The position numbers and the translations under genes were made by a program. The notes beneath the pieces are model-generated. The model saw only the letters and a list, made by a program, of their open reading frames with translations, ran no database searches and was not told the origin of the DNA. Shown in pieces: positions 29,627 to 39,067 of a stretch of DNA of 64,000 nt (the stretch's first letter is position 1; the number at the start of each line of letters is the position of its first letter). Location of the stretch: assembly GCA_964610335.1 (NCBI GenBank), contig CAZSVP010000003.1:77531-141530 (forward strand), in the 5' to 3' direction. The stretch comes from an uncultured Candidatus Saccharibacteria bacterium. GTDB taxonomy: Bacteria > Patescibacteriota > Saccharimonadia > CAILAD01 > BJGX01.

Positions 29627-32218
29627 ATGAAACTATTACAAAAAATCTTTGGTGACCCGAACGTGCGTGAGATCAAAAAAACTGATGCACGTATTACTCG
29701 TATCAACGAATTTGAGCCAACCATCAAGAAGCTCACTGATAAGCAATTGCTCGGTAAAACTGCTGAATTTCGCAAAAAACTTGAAGGTAAGGCTAAACTA
29801 GACGATTTGCTCGAGGAGGCCTTTGCAGTTGTTCGCGAGGCAAGCCACCGCACACTAGGTATGCGACACTTCGATGTTCAGCTAGTTGGTGGCATTGTGT
29901 TGCATGAAGGCAAGATTGCCGAGATGCGCACTGGTGAGGGTAAAACTCTGGTAGCCACACTGCCTCTATATCTCAATGCGCTTGAGGGTAAGGGTGCTCA
30001 CTTGGTGACAGTCAACGAATTCTTAGCCCGTCTTGGTGCGGGTTGGAATGGCCCCCTTTATCATGCACTAGGTATGAGTGTGGGTGTGGTAGTCCCCCAG
30101 GGTGCATTTGTGTATGATCCCGAGCACAACGACGAAAGTCACTTTGACAAACGCTTACAACACTTGCGTGAAGTAGAAAAACGCGAAGCTTACGGATGTG
30201 ATATTACCTACGGCACTAACAACGAATATGGATTTGATTATTTGCGTGACAATATGGTGCAAGATATCTCGCAGTGTGTTCAGGGCGAGTTGCACTATGC
30301 CATAGTTGATGAGGTGGACTCTATCTTGATCGACGAGGCTCGTACACCGCTGATCATCTCTCAGCCTTCGGCTAAAAGCTCAGATCGGTATTACCAATTT
30401 GCAGATATCGCCCGCGCCCTTAAGATAGAAACTGACTACACAGTAGATGAAAAAGCTCGCTCAGTAGCCATCACGGACGATGGTATTAAGAAGGTGGAGC
30501 GCAAGATTGGTGTTGATAACCTCTACGATCCGCAGCACATCGAGTCAATACATTTAATTGAGCAGAGCTTGAAGGCTAAGGCCTTGTTCCAGAAAGACAA
30601 AGACTATGTGATCTCAGAAGATGGTGAGGTGATAATCGTCGACGAGTTTACTGGTCGTTTACTACAAGGTCGTCGCTATTCAGAAGGGCTGCATCAAGCC
30701 ATCGAGGCCAAAGAAGGCTTGCAGATCCAAGCAGAGAGTCAAACATTGGCGACTATCACCTTCCAAAATCTATTTCGTCTTTACGATAAGCTGGCTGGTA
30801 TGACTGGTACTGCTGCCACAGAAGCTGAAGAATTTGCCAAGATCTACAGCCTTGAGGTGACTAGTATTCCAACCCATAAGCCAATGATACGCAATGATCT
30901 CAAGGACCGCATTTACAAATCTGAGTCAGCCAAGTTTGCTGCTGTAGTGGAAGAAGTGCGTGAACGTAATCAAACCGGTCAGCCAATCTTGCTAGGTACA
31001 GCCAGTATAGAAAAAAACGAAGTTGTCAGCAAACTTCTAAGTAAGGCCGGCATTGCACATAATATGCTCAACGCCAAAAACAACGAGTCTGAGGCCGAGA
31101 CCATTTCTAAGGCTGGTCAGCGTGGCGCGGTGACACTTGCTACCAACATAGCTGGTCGTGGTACAGATATTGTCCTGGGTGAGGGAGTGGTAGATCTGGG
31201 TGGCTTGCACGTGCTTGGTACTGAGCGTCATGAGTCGCGCCGTATCGACAATCAGCTGCGAGGTCGTGCTGGTCGCCAGGGTGATCCAGGCTCGAGTCAA
31301 TTCTTTGTAAGCCTCGACGATGATCTGATGCGCATCTTTGGCGGTGAGCGTATAGGTACTCTGATGAGTAGTTTGCAATTGCCTGACGATATGCCGATTG
31401 AAAACAAGATGATTACCCGGGCGCTTGAAACAGCCCAAAAACGTGTTGAGGGACATAACTTTGATATCCGTAAACATCTGGTGGAATACGATGATGTTAT
31501 GAACTCGCACCGCGAGGTGATATATAAGCGTCGCAGGCAGTACTTGACTGGCCAAGACATCAAGAAGGGTATGTTGGCAAGTTTTGGGGCAATATTTGAA
31601 CGTATTGTAAGTGCACACACAGATACTCACAACGATTCTCTCGATCTAGAAAAGATTCAGACTGATGCTGGTCAGTTTATAGAACTGCCCAAAGATTGGG
31701 CTACTAAACTACCTAAGAAGTTGCCAGCAGATGTAATAGCCAACTTGTCTGATCTAGCTACCAAGCAGTATGTACGTAAGGAAAAAGAGCTTACAGCCGA
31801 TACTATGCGTATGGTAGAACGTTTTGTTTGTCTTCAAGTAGTGGACAGTGCATGGTTGCGACATTTGGAAACTATGGAACACCTTCGTGAGGGCATTGGC
31901 TTGCGCGGCTATGGCCAACGTGATCCTCTTGTGGAGTATAAGGCTGAAGGGTTCCGACTATTTAATGATTTATTGTCGTCAATCGATGCTGAGATAGCCA
32001 GCTTGATATTCAAGGTACAGCTTCAACCTCAAGAGGTTGAAACCCCACCTCAGACCGAACTTACTCAGGCAGCTGAGCGAGCCATAGAGATCGGTGCCAA
32101 CGAAGATGCTGGTAGTAAGGCAGAGGCCAAATCCAGTCGCAAGGCTAAATCACGTACAGACACTCCGGAGCTCAAACCAATTCGCAAAAAAGCTAAGAAG
32201 AAAAAGAAGAAACGCTAA
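29627..32218 (+). CDS. secA: Preprotein translocase ATPase SecA
   Basis: MRTGEGKT, DEVDSILIDEARTPL, QLRGRAGRQGDPG, QRDPLVEYK. Confidence 0.98.
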   Translation: MKLLQKIFGDPNVREIKKTDARITRINEFEPTIKKLTDKQLLGKTAEFRKKLEGKAKLDDLLEEAFAVVREASHRTLGMRHFDVQLVGGIVLHEGKIAEMRTGEGKTLVATLPLYLNALEGKGAHLVTVNEFLARLGAGWNGPLYHALGMSVGVVVPQGAFVYDPEHNDESHFDKRLQHLREVEKREAYGCDITYGTNNEYGFDYLRDNMVQDISQCVQGELHYAIVDEVDSILIDEARTPLIISQPSAKSSDRYYQFADIARALKIETDYTVDEKARSVAITDDGIKKVERKIGVDNLYDPQHIESIHLIEQSLKAKALFQKDKDYVISEDGEVIIVDEFTGRLLQGRRYSEGLHQAIEAKEGLQIQAESQTLATITFQNLFRLYDKLAGMTGTAATEAEEFAKIYSLEVTSIPTHKPMIRNDLKDRIYKSESAKFAAVVEEVRERNQTGQPILLGTASIEKNEVVSKLLSKAGIAHNMLNAKNNESEAETISKAGQRGAVTLATNIAGRGTDIVLGEGVVDLGGLHVLGTERHESRRIDNQLRGRAGRQGDPGSSQFFVSLDDDLMRIFGGERIGTLMSSLQLPDDMPIENKMITRALETAQKRVEGHNFDIRKHLVEYDDVMNSHREVIYKRRRQYLTGQDIKKGMLASFGAIFERIVSAHTDTHNDSLDLEKIQTDAGQFIELPKDWATKLPKKLPADVIANLSDLATKQYVRKEKELTADTMRMVERFVCLQVVDSAWLRHLETMEHLREGIGLRGYGQRDPLVEYKAEGFRLFNDLLSSIDAEIASLIFKVQLQPQEVETPPQTELTQAAERAIEIGANEDAGSKAEAKSSRKAKSRTDTPELKPIRKKAKKKKKKR

Positions 32219-32219
32219 T

Positions 32220-32900
32220 ATGGACTTTGGTCATACCGGTTCAAAACATCGCAAAAAACAAATACTGATTGGACTGGTCGGGGTAGTGATAGCGTGCGTA
32301 GCGGCTGCAGCTATTTATTTCTTCTATAAATATGATCAGGCTAGCCAACCCCAGGTGGAGGTAAGTAGCGGTGGTGATCAGAAGGACAATGGCAGTGGCA
32401 TAGCGTTGCCGGGCCTGGACGATTCCGGCCAAACCCCACTTGGTACTCCTACTGGTGATAGTAGCGGTAATAGCGTGGCCCTCAACGGTGGCACAAGTTC
32501 ACCACAACAACAGCAATCTAGCAATCAATCTTCACAGCAACAAAAGCCAGTTCGCTCACAGACATTAGACAATGGGCTTAAAATTGATGAATTCAGCTAT
32601 GGCACCGGCGATCGTGCGACCAAGGTGGGAGATACTCTTGCGATGCACTATATAGGCTATCTTGCAGACGGCAAGGTGTTTGATACTAGTCTCAAAGGTG
32701 AAAAAAAACCATTTGTATTCAAGCTCGGTGCTGGCCAGGTTATACCTGGTTGGGATATTGGTTTGCAAGACATGCATGTCGGAGCGGTGCGCCGGCTTGT
32801 AATACCGGCTAGCTTGGCCTACGGAGCTCGTGGTTATCCGCCAACAATCCCGCCAAACGCTACATTGACTTTTGATGTGCAACTTATGGGGATACAGTAA
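32220..32900 (+). CDS. Membrane-anchored FKBP-type peptidyl-prolyl isomerase
   Basis: N-terminal TM; HYIGYLADGKVFDTS, GQVIPGWDIGL, IPPNATLTFDV; start at ATG 32220 right after secA. Confidence 0.93.
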   Translation: MDFGHTGSKHRKKQILIGLVGVVIACVAAAAIYFFYKYDQASQPQVEVSSGGDQKDNGSGIALPGLDDSGQTPLGTPTGDSSGNSVALNGGTSSPQQQQSSNQSSQQQKPVRSQTLDNGLKIDEFSYGTGDRATKVGDTLAMHYIGYLADGKVFDTSLKGEKKPFVFKLGAGQVIPGWDIGLQDMHVGAVRRLVIPASLAYGARGYPPTIPPNATLTFDVQLMGIQ

Positions 32901-32989
32901 GATAAGTAATAAGGCAGATAGCAGAAGTAGTATGGAATTGTTGAACTGATAGCTTTCGTCTTCAGCCTTCAGCCTTTATACTTATTGCA

Positions 32990-34321
32990 ATGAAAGTTGC
33001 AATATTAGGCTATAGTCGTGAAGGACGAGCTGCACTCGAATACTTTTCAAATAAAGGTGATGTGTGTACTGTATTTTATTACTCAAACCCACAAGCTACT
33101 GCAGACTCGCCGATTAATCATATGCCTAGCAGTATAAATACCATAGAAGTGCCTCGTGAGACTGATTATCAGGGCTTATTGGATGATTACGATCTGGTAG
33201 TACGCACAGCTGATGTGCTGCCAACACGTATCAATACTACCTCGCCAATTTGCTCCAACACGATTGAATTCTTCAAGCAGTGCCCGGCACCGATTATTGG
33301 CGTAACAGGTACCAAAGGCAAGGGCACCACAAGCACACTGATAGCCAAATTTCTGGGGGCGGCTGGGCATAGAGTACATCTGGCTGGCAATATTGGCCAG
33401 GCACCACTAGAAATTTTGCCAGATATACAGCCCGACGATCTGGTAGTACTTGAGCTGAGTAGTTATCAATTGATGGACTTAACACAAAGTCCTCATGTGG
33501 CTGTTCATCTGATGATCAGCCCAGATCACTTGGATGTACATACAGATATGGCCGAATACGTGCATGCTAAACGCAACCTATTCGCACACCAGGGTGTTGA
33601 TGATATTGCCGTCTATACTCCTCTCAACGCTTTTTCGTCTCAAAACGTTCAGGTGAGTCCGGCAAGTACCAAAATACCATATGGAGCTGAGCTGAAAGAT
33701 GTCGATGGAGTGCGTGTGGTCGGTGAGGAAATTTTGTATGGAGATGCTGTAGTGGCGAGGTTGAGTGATGTTGCGCTGGTAGGTCGGCATATGCTCGACA
33801 ATGTCTGTGCAGCTATTGCTGCTAGTTGGGATTATGTACCTGATAAATCCATTTACCCCAAAGTTCTGCGTAAGTTCACAGGCCTACCACATCGCCTGCA
33901 AGTAGTAGCTGAGGTAAATGGTGTGCGCTACATCGATGATTCTATCTCGACTGTTCCAGATACAGCTATGGCGGCAATCAGATCTTTTGCGGAGCCAAAG
34001 CAGCTCATACTAGGTGGTTCAGATAAAGGCAACGACTACTCTGATCTGGCAAAGCTGATCGCACAAGATGGCACTATCAAACAGGTCTATCTGTTGGGCC
34101 AAACTGCATCCAAGATTGCCAAGAGCCTCCAAGACGCGGATTTTGATCGTTATAGTGATACACACACAGAACTTACGGAGATAGTACAGCAGGCCTCAAA
34201 AGCTGCTAAGCAAGGCGATATTGTGTTACTTAGCCCAGCTTGTGCTAGTTTTGACATGTTTGGTAGCTACGCCGAACGCGGTGACATTTTTTCAAAAGCA
34301 GCAACAGATCTGAACGAGTAG
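32990..34321 (+). CDS. murD: UDP-MurNAc-L-Ala--D-Glu ligase
   Basis: GVTGTKGKGTT, GNIG, ELSSYQL, DHLD, LPHRL, SPACASFDMF. Confidence 0.96.
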   Translation: MKVAILGYSREGRAALEYFSNKGDVCTVFYYSNPQATADSPINHMPSSINTIEVPRETDYQGLLDDYDLVVRTADVLPTRINTTSPICSNTIEFFKQCPAPIIGVTGTKGKGTTSTLIAKFLGAAGHRVHLAGNIGQAPLEILPDIQPDDLVVLELSSYQLMDLTQSPHVAVHLMISPDHLDVHTDMAEYVHAKRNLFAHQGVDDIAVYTPLNAFSSQNVQVSPASTKIPYGAELKDVDGVRVVGEEILYGDAVVARLSDVALVGRHMLDNVCAAIAASWDYVPDKSIYPKVLRKFTGLPHRLQVVAEVNGVRYIDDSISTVPDTAMAAIRSFAEPKQLILGGSDKGNDYSDLAKLIAQDGTIKQVYLLGQTASKIAKSLQDADFDRYSDTHTELTEIVQQASKAAKQGDIVLLSPACASFDMFGSYAERGDIFSKAATDLNE

Positions 34322-34368
34322 TTTTATATCTCAAGCATTAGAGGTATAATGGTTTGCAATGAGGACAT

Positions 34369-35955
34369 ATGGCAGATTCATCTGAAACAGGACAACCACA
34401 AACACCTGATAAAGCGTCTACCTATGAGGATATTTTAGGTAAGATTCAACGCGGTGAATCATCTGGTGATGATTTGGCTGCGGCTATTCTAAGTGATTTA
34501 AGTGGTGAGTCCAATATGGATGAGCCTAACAATCCATATGTCGATGAGTTGATTGGTGTGCTAGAAGGTCAAACTGGCGATAACCCACTTCGAGATACTT
34601 TGCTGGATGTACTTCAAAAACTAGCTCAGGGCGGTGAAAAAAACCCATTAAAACCAACAGCCAAGGAGTCAGCTGCTAAAGCAGCAGCCGAGTTAGCAGA
34701 CGAGGACCATGGTAAGAAGTTAATACCAACCTTGGGTGAGATAAGGGCTGACTTTGAAGAGCAGACCGGTTTGCGATTACCGCCTGGCGAAAGGCCGTTG
34801 GACCAAAAACTCGAAGAAGCACGACTTGAAGTAGCACTTATGAGATCAAAACGCGAGGGGCGTCATGTGCTACTGCGCGGGAGTGAGGCTCGAGTAGCCA
34901 AGGCAGAACGCGCATATTGGTTGGTATCGAATGCTCGTGTACAGTGGATATTAACGGAGCGACTAATGGCCGAAGGTGTAGCAGATCAGGATGGTAACAT
35001 AGACGCAGCTAAGGCCTCAGAAATACTTAATTCAGCTGAGTTTCAGACTCAACTGATCCAAGCACAATTAGATGAAGAAGTTAAACTATCGCAGTCAATT
35101 CTAGATGTTCGCACTGGCAAAGCTGGCGGTAATATTGTTAGCCGCTGGGGGCGACGCATGGCTGAACGCTATGCCAAACATCCTAAGGCTAGATCTGGCA
35201 TTGCAGCTGGATTGCTTGGCGTGGGTGCTACAGCTGTTGCCACTGGTGGTGTTTCGTTAGTTGCGGCTGGTGCACTCTATGCTGGGCAGCGAATGCTGCG
35301 TAAGGTGGTAGGCGAACAATATGAATCGAAGGTAAAAGCCCCCAAGTTGGCCAAGAAAACTGAGCAAAAACGATCTGAGTTCCTAACTGGCGACAAAGCG
35401 CGGGCTTTTGGAGATGTGTTATTTAAGGCTTTTACAAAAAAGCTTGATAGTGAGCAAAAGAAAGCCGCCAGGTCTAAACCAGGTAGTATGGCAGAGTTAG
35501 CAAACCAAGTTACCCTTAGGGGCGCTGATCTACCAGAGCTCAAGATACTATTAGCATCTACGTATGAGATGATCAAGAACATTCATGAAAGCGATCCTGG
35601 TAACGAACAAATCCCCGAAAACTTGCCTCAAGCAGAACGGCGTCGGATTGAACTAATCCAAAGGCTGCGAGATACAGGTGTGACCTCCTTAGAAGAGGCT
35701 TTTAGTCAGTTAAGACCCGAGATGATAGCTGATGTTCTGACACTTTCGCTTGATCGTCGGTTGACAGAGACCCGCACACTAGCTCAACAAAGAGCACCTT
35801 GGTTTGCCAAAGGGTCAGATTGGCTAAGGCGTAGTACACGGGCTACCACTGCACGAGTTTGGCGCTCGTTGACTACACTTGATAACGAGGGTGAGGTTGA
35901 AGAGGAATCAGGCTTACCTGGAGGTTTGCCAGCTACACCTCCACCTACTATATAA
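34369..35955 (+). CDS. Large hypothetical protein with a central Gly/Ala-rich hydrophobic hairpin
   Basis: 528-aa ORF, TATAAT and SD gagga upstream; no recognised family. Confidence 0.8.
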   Translation: MADSSETGQPQTPDKASTYEDILGKIQRGESSGDDLAAAILSDLSGESNMDEPNNPYVDELIGVLEGQTGDNPLRDTLLDVLQKLAQGGEKNPLKPTAKESAAKAAAELADEDHGKKLIPTLGEIRADFEEQTGLRLPPGERPLDQKLEEARLEVALMRSKREGRHVLLRGSEARVAKAERAYWLVSNARVQWILTERLMAEGVADQDGNIDAAKASEILNSAEFQTQLIQAQLDEEVKLSQSILDVRTGKAGGNIVSRWGRRMAERYAKHPKARSGIAAGLLGVGATAVATGGVSLVAAGALYAGQRMLRKVVGEQYESKVKAPKLAKKTEQKRSEFLTGDKARAFGDVLFKAFTKKLDSEQKKAARSKPGSMAELANQVTLRGADLPELKILLASTYEMIKNIHESDPGNEQIPENLPQAERRRIELIQRLRDTGVTSLEEAFSQLRPEMIADVLTLSLDRRLTETRTLAQQRAPWFAKGSDWLRRSTRATTARVWRSLTTLDNEGEVEEESGLPGGLPATPPPTI

Positions 35956-35978
35956 CTAACAAAACATAGGAGTTTACC

Positions 35979-36323
35979 ATGAATGACACCCAGATAATCA
36001 TATTAAAAGAACTAGGTATAACTGATGCTAGTCCTGAGAAGCAAGCCGATATACTAGTCAAGATGGCTGAAGTTATTCAAAACCGCGTGGCAGTTAGGCT
36101 TACTGATATACTTACTGATCAGGAGCTGCAGCGCCTGGATGAACTGTCAGACAAAGACCCCGCTGAAATGTTTGCTTGGCTACAGCAAAATGTGCCTACC
36201 TATAATCTACTAGTTCAGGAAGAGACTATTCGGCTTCGCAACGAGCTAAGTCGAGGTTCTGTTGATATTAAGCAAGCTATATCTGAATATATTGATTCAA
36301 AGGCGCAAGCTCAGAGTACTTGA
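35979..36323 (+). CDS. DUF5663-like small protein common in CPR
   Basis: ELGI...E...L..MAEVIQNRVAVRL...L, WLQQNVPTY pattern; SD aggag. Confidence 0.7.
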   Translation: MNDTQIIILKELGITDASPEKQADILVKMAEVIQNRVAVRLTDILTDQELQRLDELSDKDPAEMFAWLQQNVPTYNLLVQEETIRLRNELSRGSVDIKQAISEYIDSKAQAQST

Positions 36324-36580
36324 CAAAATAGTAATTATGTAGTATACTGGCCGCGATGATTTGCTATAGAGTAAATCAGTCCTTTTAAAACCGTTTCTGT
36401 AGCAATATGTTCTGGAGGGTCGCTTTTTGTGATACCTCTTTTTTGTTTGGTATTTGCCGATCTAAGGCAGAACCCTGCGTGCTATTGTGTCATCTGCCGC
36501 CCAGTTGATGCATGGCCGCAGGACTCTGCCTTAGTAAATCGTCTGCTCCCGCTCGGGAGCCAAAACCCGAGGAGGGAGCA
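36320..36580 (+). promoter_or_regulatory. Promoter plus ~225-nt structured leader with internal terminator-like hairpin and SD-sequestering stem
   Basis: TTGACA-17-TATACT (36320-36348); hairpin + U-run 36415-36444; 10-bp stem 36462-36471/36525-36534; tgctccc/gggagca stem covering the SD. Confidence 0.6.
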
Positions 36581-37819
36581 ATGTCCATATTCGGTAATCG
36601 CGATGTGCCAGTGCCTGAAGTTGATGGCATTGGTATGCCTCTAGGTGACAGCAACCGTCACGCCCCACCACGGGACGAGGACGAGCTTGCGGCTCATCTG
36701 GCAGCAGCATTGCGAGCCAAGCAGACCAGCCGACCGTCAGCCCCGCCCGGGGATCCAAAGAACCCCGAGGAGGGAGACATGACGAACCTGGGAGAGATGC
36801 TCGACGACAAGAGTCGAGCCGCCCTCGATCAAGCACGTGCCAGTGCCGAGGCAGCCGTGGACTTCTCGCTCAGCTATGAAGAGTGGGTGCCATGGCTGAA
36901 CGAGCACGGCATTCCGGTACCGAGTTCGGGAGACCCCAACCCGGACGAAGACTGGAAGCAGGTCCGAGCCTTGGTGGGACTCTTCCCGAGCGCGACGCGC
37001 AAGGCGAAGGCTCACTACCGCGAAGTACAGGCTAGTATCGAGAAGCTTCACAGCTACCTTGAGCAGGCCTGGTTGTCAGCCTGCGAACTCTTGGCGCAAG
37101 CCGGAGCGCAGTACGCCAACACCCAACCACCAGAACCAACCAACCCGACAGCCCCTCCGGGGGGCACACCAACCCCTGAGGAGGGCGTCATGAAGACCAG
37201 CGAGCAGATCAAAGTCGAGGCAGCCGAGCTGATGAAGGACTGGGCCAAACCCGAGCTGACCAGCGGTCTCTACCGCTGGGATGCCACGGTCTGGGACACC
37301 AGCCGGATCGGCGATGGCAAGATCGGCTACATTGGCCTCCTCTCGGGGAAGCTGATGTTCAGCCAGATCACGTACCTCGAGGAGTGCGTCGAGCGCGGAC
37401 GGGACCATCCCTTCGACAGCAACGACGTGCTCGACCAGCTCCACGTGCTGGTCCGCGAGTGGCTGAGCCTCGACCCGGCCTTCGTGGCCTTGGACGAGGC
37501 AGATGCCAAGCGCGAGGTGAGTCGGGCGGTCTATCGCGTGTTGCGCGGTGAGATCGCCTTCGACCAGGTGGCTTACGTGCCACCGCTCACCCCTGAGGAC
37601 CGGGCGGCAGCTCTGGCGGCGTCCATCCAGGCCGCAACCAAGCCCGAGGCCAAGAAGGTCAAGGGTCGTCGGCGCGGACGCGACAAGGGTGACAAGCCCA
37701 AGTCCGCCTCGGCGTTGCCCTCACCTCCGGTCACCCCTGTGGTGGTCGGCAGCCCGACCCTCGGTCGGTACGGCATCGCCGCCGCCACCGCCCTCGGTGA
37801 GGTCTGGCAGTCGCGCTAG
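36581..37819 (+). CDS. Hypothetical protein in GC-rich island, with internal in-frame starts at 36779 and 37190
   Basis: High GC3 codon bias in this frame; gaggaggg SD before ATG 36581. Confidence 0.75.
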   Translation: MSIFGNRDVPVPEVDGIGMPLGDSNRHAPPRDEDELAAHLAAALRAKQTSRPSAPPGDPKNPEEGDMTNLGEMLDDKSRAALDQARASAEAAVDFSLSYEEWVPWLNEHGIPVPSSGDPNPDEDWKQVRALVGLFPSATRKAKAHYREVQASIEKLHSYLEQAWLSACELLAQAGAQYANTQPPEPTNPTAPPGGTPTPEEGVMKTSEQIKVEAAELMKDWAKPELTSGLYRWDATVWDTSRIGDGKIGYIGLLSGKLMFSQITYLEECVERGRDHPFDSNDVLDQLHVLVREWLSLDPAFVALDEADAKREVSRAVYRVLRGEIAFDQVAYVPPLTPEDRAAALAASIQAATKPEAKKVKGRRRGRDKGDKPKSASALPSPPVTPVVVGSPTLGRYGIAAATALGEVWQSR

Positions 37820-37987
37820 TTCGTGGCTGTCAGTGGTTGGTCTCGTTTGCTACAGGAGCGCGAGAGTGGTGTGGGGGTCTTCGGACCCCCACACCTCAAC
37901 CACACTACTAGGATTAGTATTCCGATTGTGTCGAGTAGACAATTCAACATGCTTGAGACAGTCGGAAACCTGCTCCTGTAGCAACTT

Positions 37988-38021
37988 CAAACCCGTACCT
38001 CGGTGCAAACCGGGGGAATAC
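37988..38021 (+). repeat. 34-nt exact direct repeat, copy 1 (GCAA-tetraloop hairpin upstream of RBS)
   Basis: caaacccgtacctcggtgcaaaccgggggaatac. Confidence 0.95.
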
Positions 38022-38034
38022 CAAGGAGGCCCAC

Positions 38035-38361
38035 ATGGGACTCGCAGATGACCTGGCCGCACGCAAAGCAGCGAAGCAGGCTCCGCCGCCGCCCGCCAAG
38101 ACCACCATCGATGAGGTGGACAAGGCGATCGATGTGGCGCTCGCGCCCATCGTCGACGACTTCACCAAGGTCGTCACGGAGGCCCTCGCGCTCTTCGACA
38201 AGGAGACCGCGAGCGATGACTTCCTGGAGCGACTTCTGGTCGCGTTGGGAGACACCGATCTGCCCACCGGTGACGGCGTGCTCGAGGCCAAGGTGGCCGC
38301 TGCGGTCAACCGCGGCGTCGCCAACGCCATCGCCGCCGTGGTCGCCAACGCGACCAAGTGA
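38035..38361 (+). CDS. Small Ala-rich hypothetical protein
   Basis: SD aaggagg; strong GC3 bias in this frame (MGLADDLAARK...). Confidence 0.8.
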   Translation: MGLADDLAARKAAKQAPPPPAKTTIDEVDKAIDVALAPIVDDFTKVVTEALALFDKETASDDFLERLLVALGDTDLPTGDGVLEAKVAAAVNRGVANAIAAVVANATK

Positions 38362-38517
38362 GCAGTTGCTCGGCCACCGGCGTACTCTCGTAGTACGTCG
38401 GTGGCATGAGCCACCACACATTCACATTAGATGTATAGAATCGTCTTGCTGATATTTATCTTCATGGCAATGGAGCATTACTTCGGTAGTGATCAGCAAC
38501 CGCGCTCCTGTACAAAC

Positions 38518-38551
38518 CAAACCCGTACCTCGGTGCAAACCGGGGGAATAC
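38518..38551 (+). repeat. 34-nt exact direct repeat, copy 2
   Basis: Identical to 37988-38021, 530 nt downstream. Confidence 0.95.
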
Positions 38552-38566
38552 TAGTTGGAGACTGTT

Positions 38567-39067
38567 ATGGCAGCACCAATGGCCGCGGCCGCAGCTCAAG
38601 GGTTGTTGGCTGCATTTGGCGGCGCTAACCCGCCGCCGCCCGGGGGCAATCCACCCGGCGGTGGAATGCAACCACGAAATGCTGGCATCGTCGCTGGCAT
38701 CGTCGCTTCGGTACTCGCGATCCTGACCTACATCGGGTTGGGACTGTGGGACGCTGTCGGCTGGGGCAAGGGTCTGATCGGTTTCGTGCTCGTTGGTGTT
38801 CTCGCCTTCGGGGTCACGTTTCTCATCTGCATCCGTCCACCTCAGCCGCGACAGCCCGCCGCTCCGGCACCAGCACCAGCGGCCACCAACCACACCTTCA
38901 TCGCCATCATGGTGGGGTGTGGTACGACGATCGTTGCTTCGATCGTTGCGGTGGTGGCTGTCAGCCGGTTCAGCGATGACGGTGCCTTCAGGATGTTGGC
39001 CTTCCTGGCCCCATACCTGATAGCCGGAGTCATCGCCACTCGGGCACTGTTCAAGCGCGGCAGCTAG
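38567..39067 (+). CDS. Four-TM membrane protein with Pro-rich linkers
   Basis: SD ggag before ATG 38567; four hydrophobic segments. Confidence 0.8.
   Translation: MAAPMAAAAAQGLLAAFGGANPPPPGGNPPGGGMQPRNAGIVAGIVASVLAILTYIGLGLWDAVGWGKGLIGFVLVGVLAFGVTFLICIRPPQPRQPAAPAPAPAATNHTFIAIMVGCGTTIVASIVAVVAVSRFSDDGAFRMLAFLAPYLIAGVIATRALFKRGS

Noticed and set aside
32094-32219. Extended N-terminus of the FKBP protein overlapping secA
   Set aside because: ATG 32220 directly follows the secA stop and gives a normal short N-terminus before the TM
37988-38551. c-di-GMP-I riboswitch or integron attC identity of the 34-nt repeat
   Set aside because: The GCAAACC resemblance is superficial (no second stem or receptor), attC core sites are absent, and no integrase is in the window
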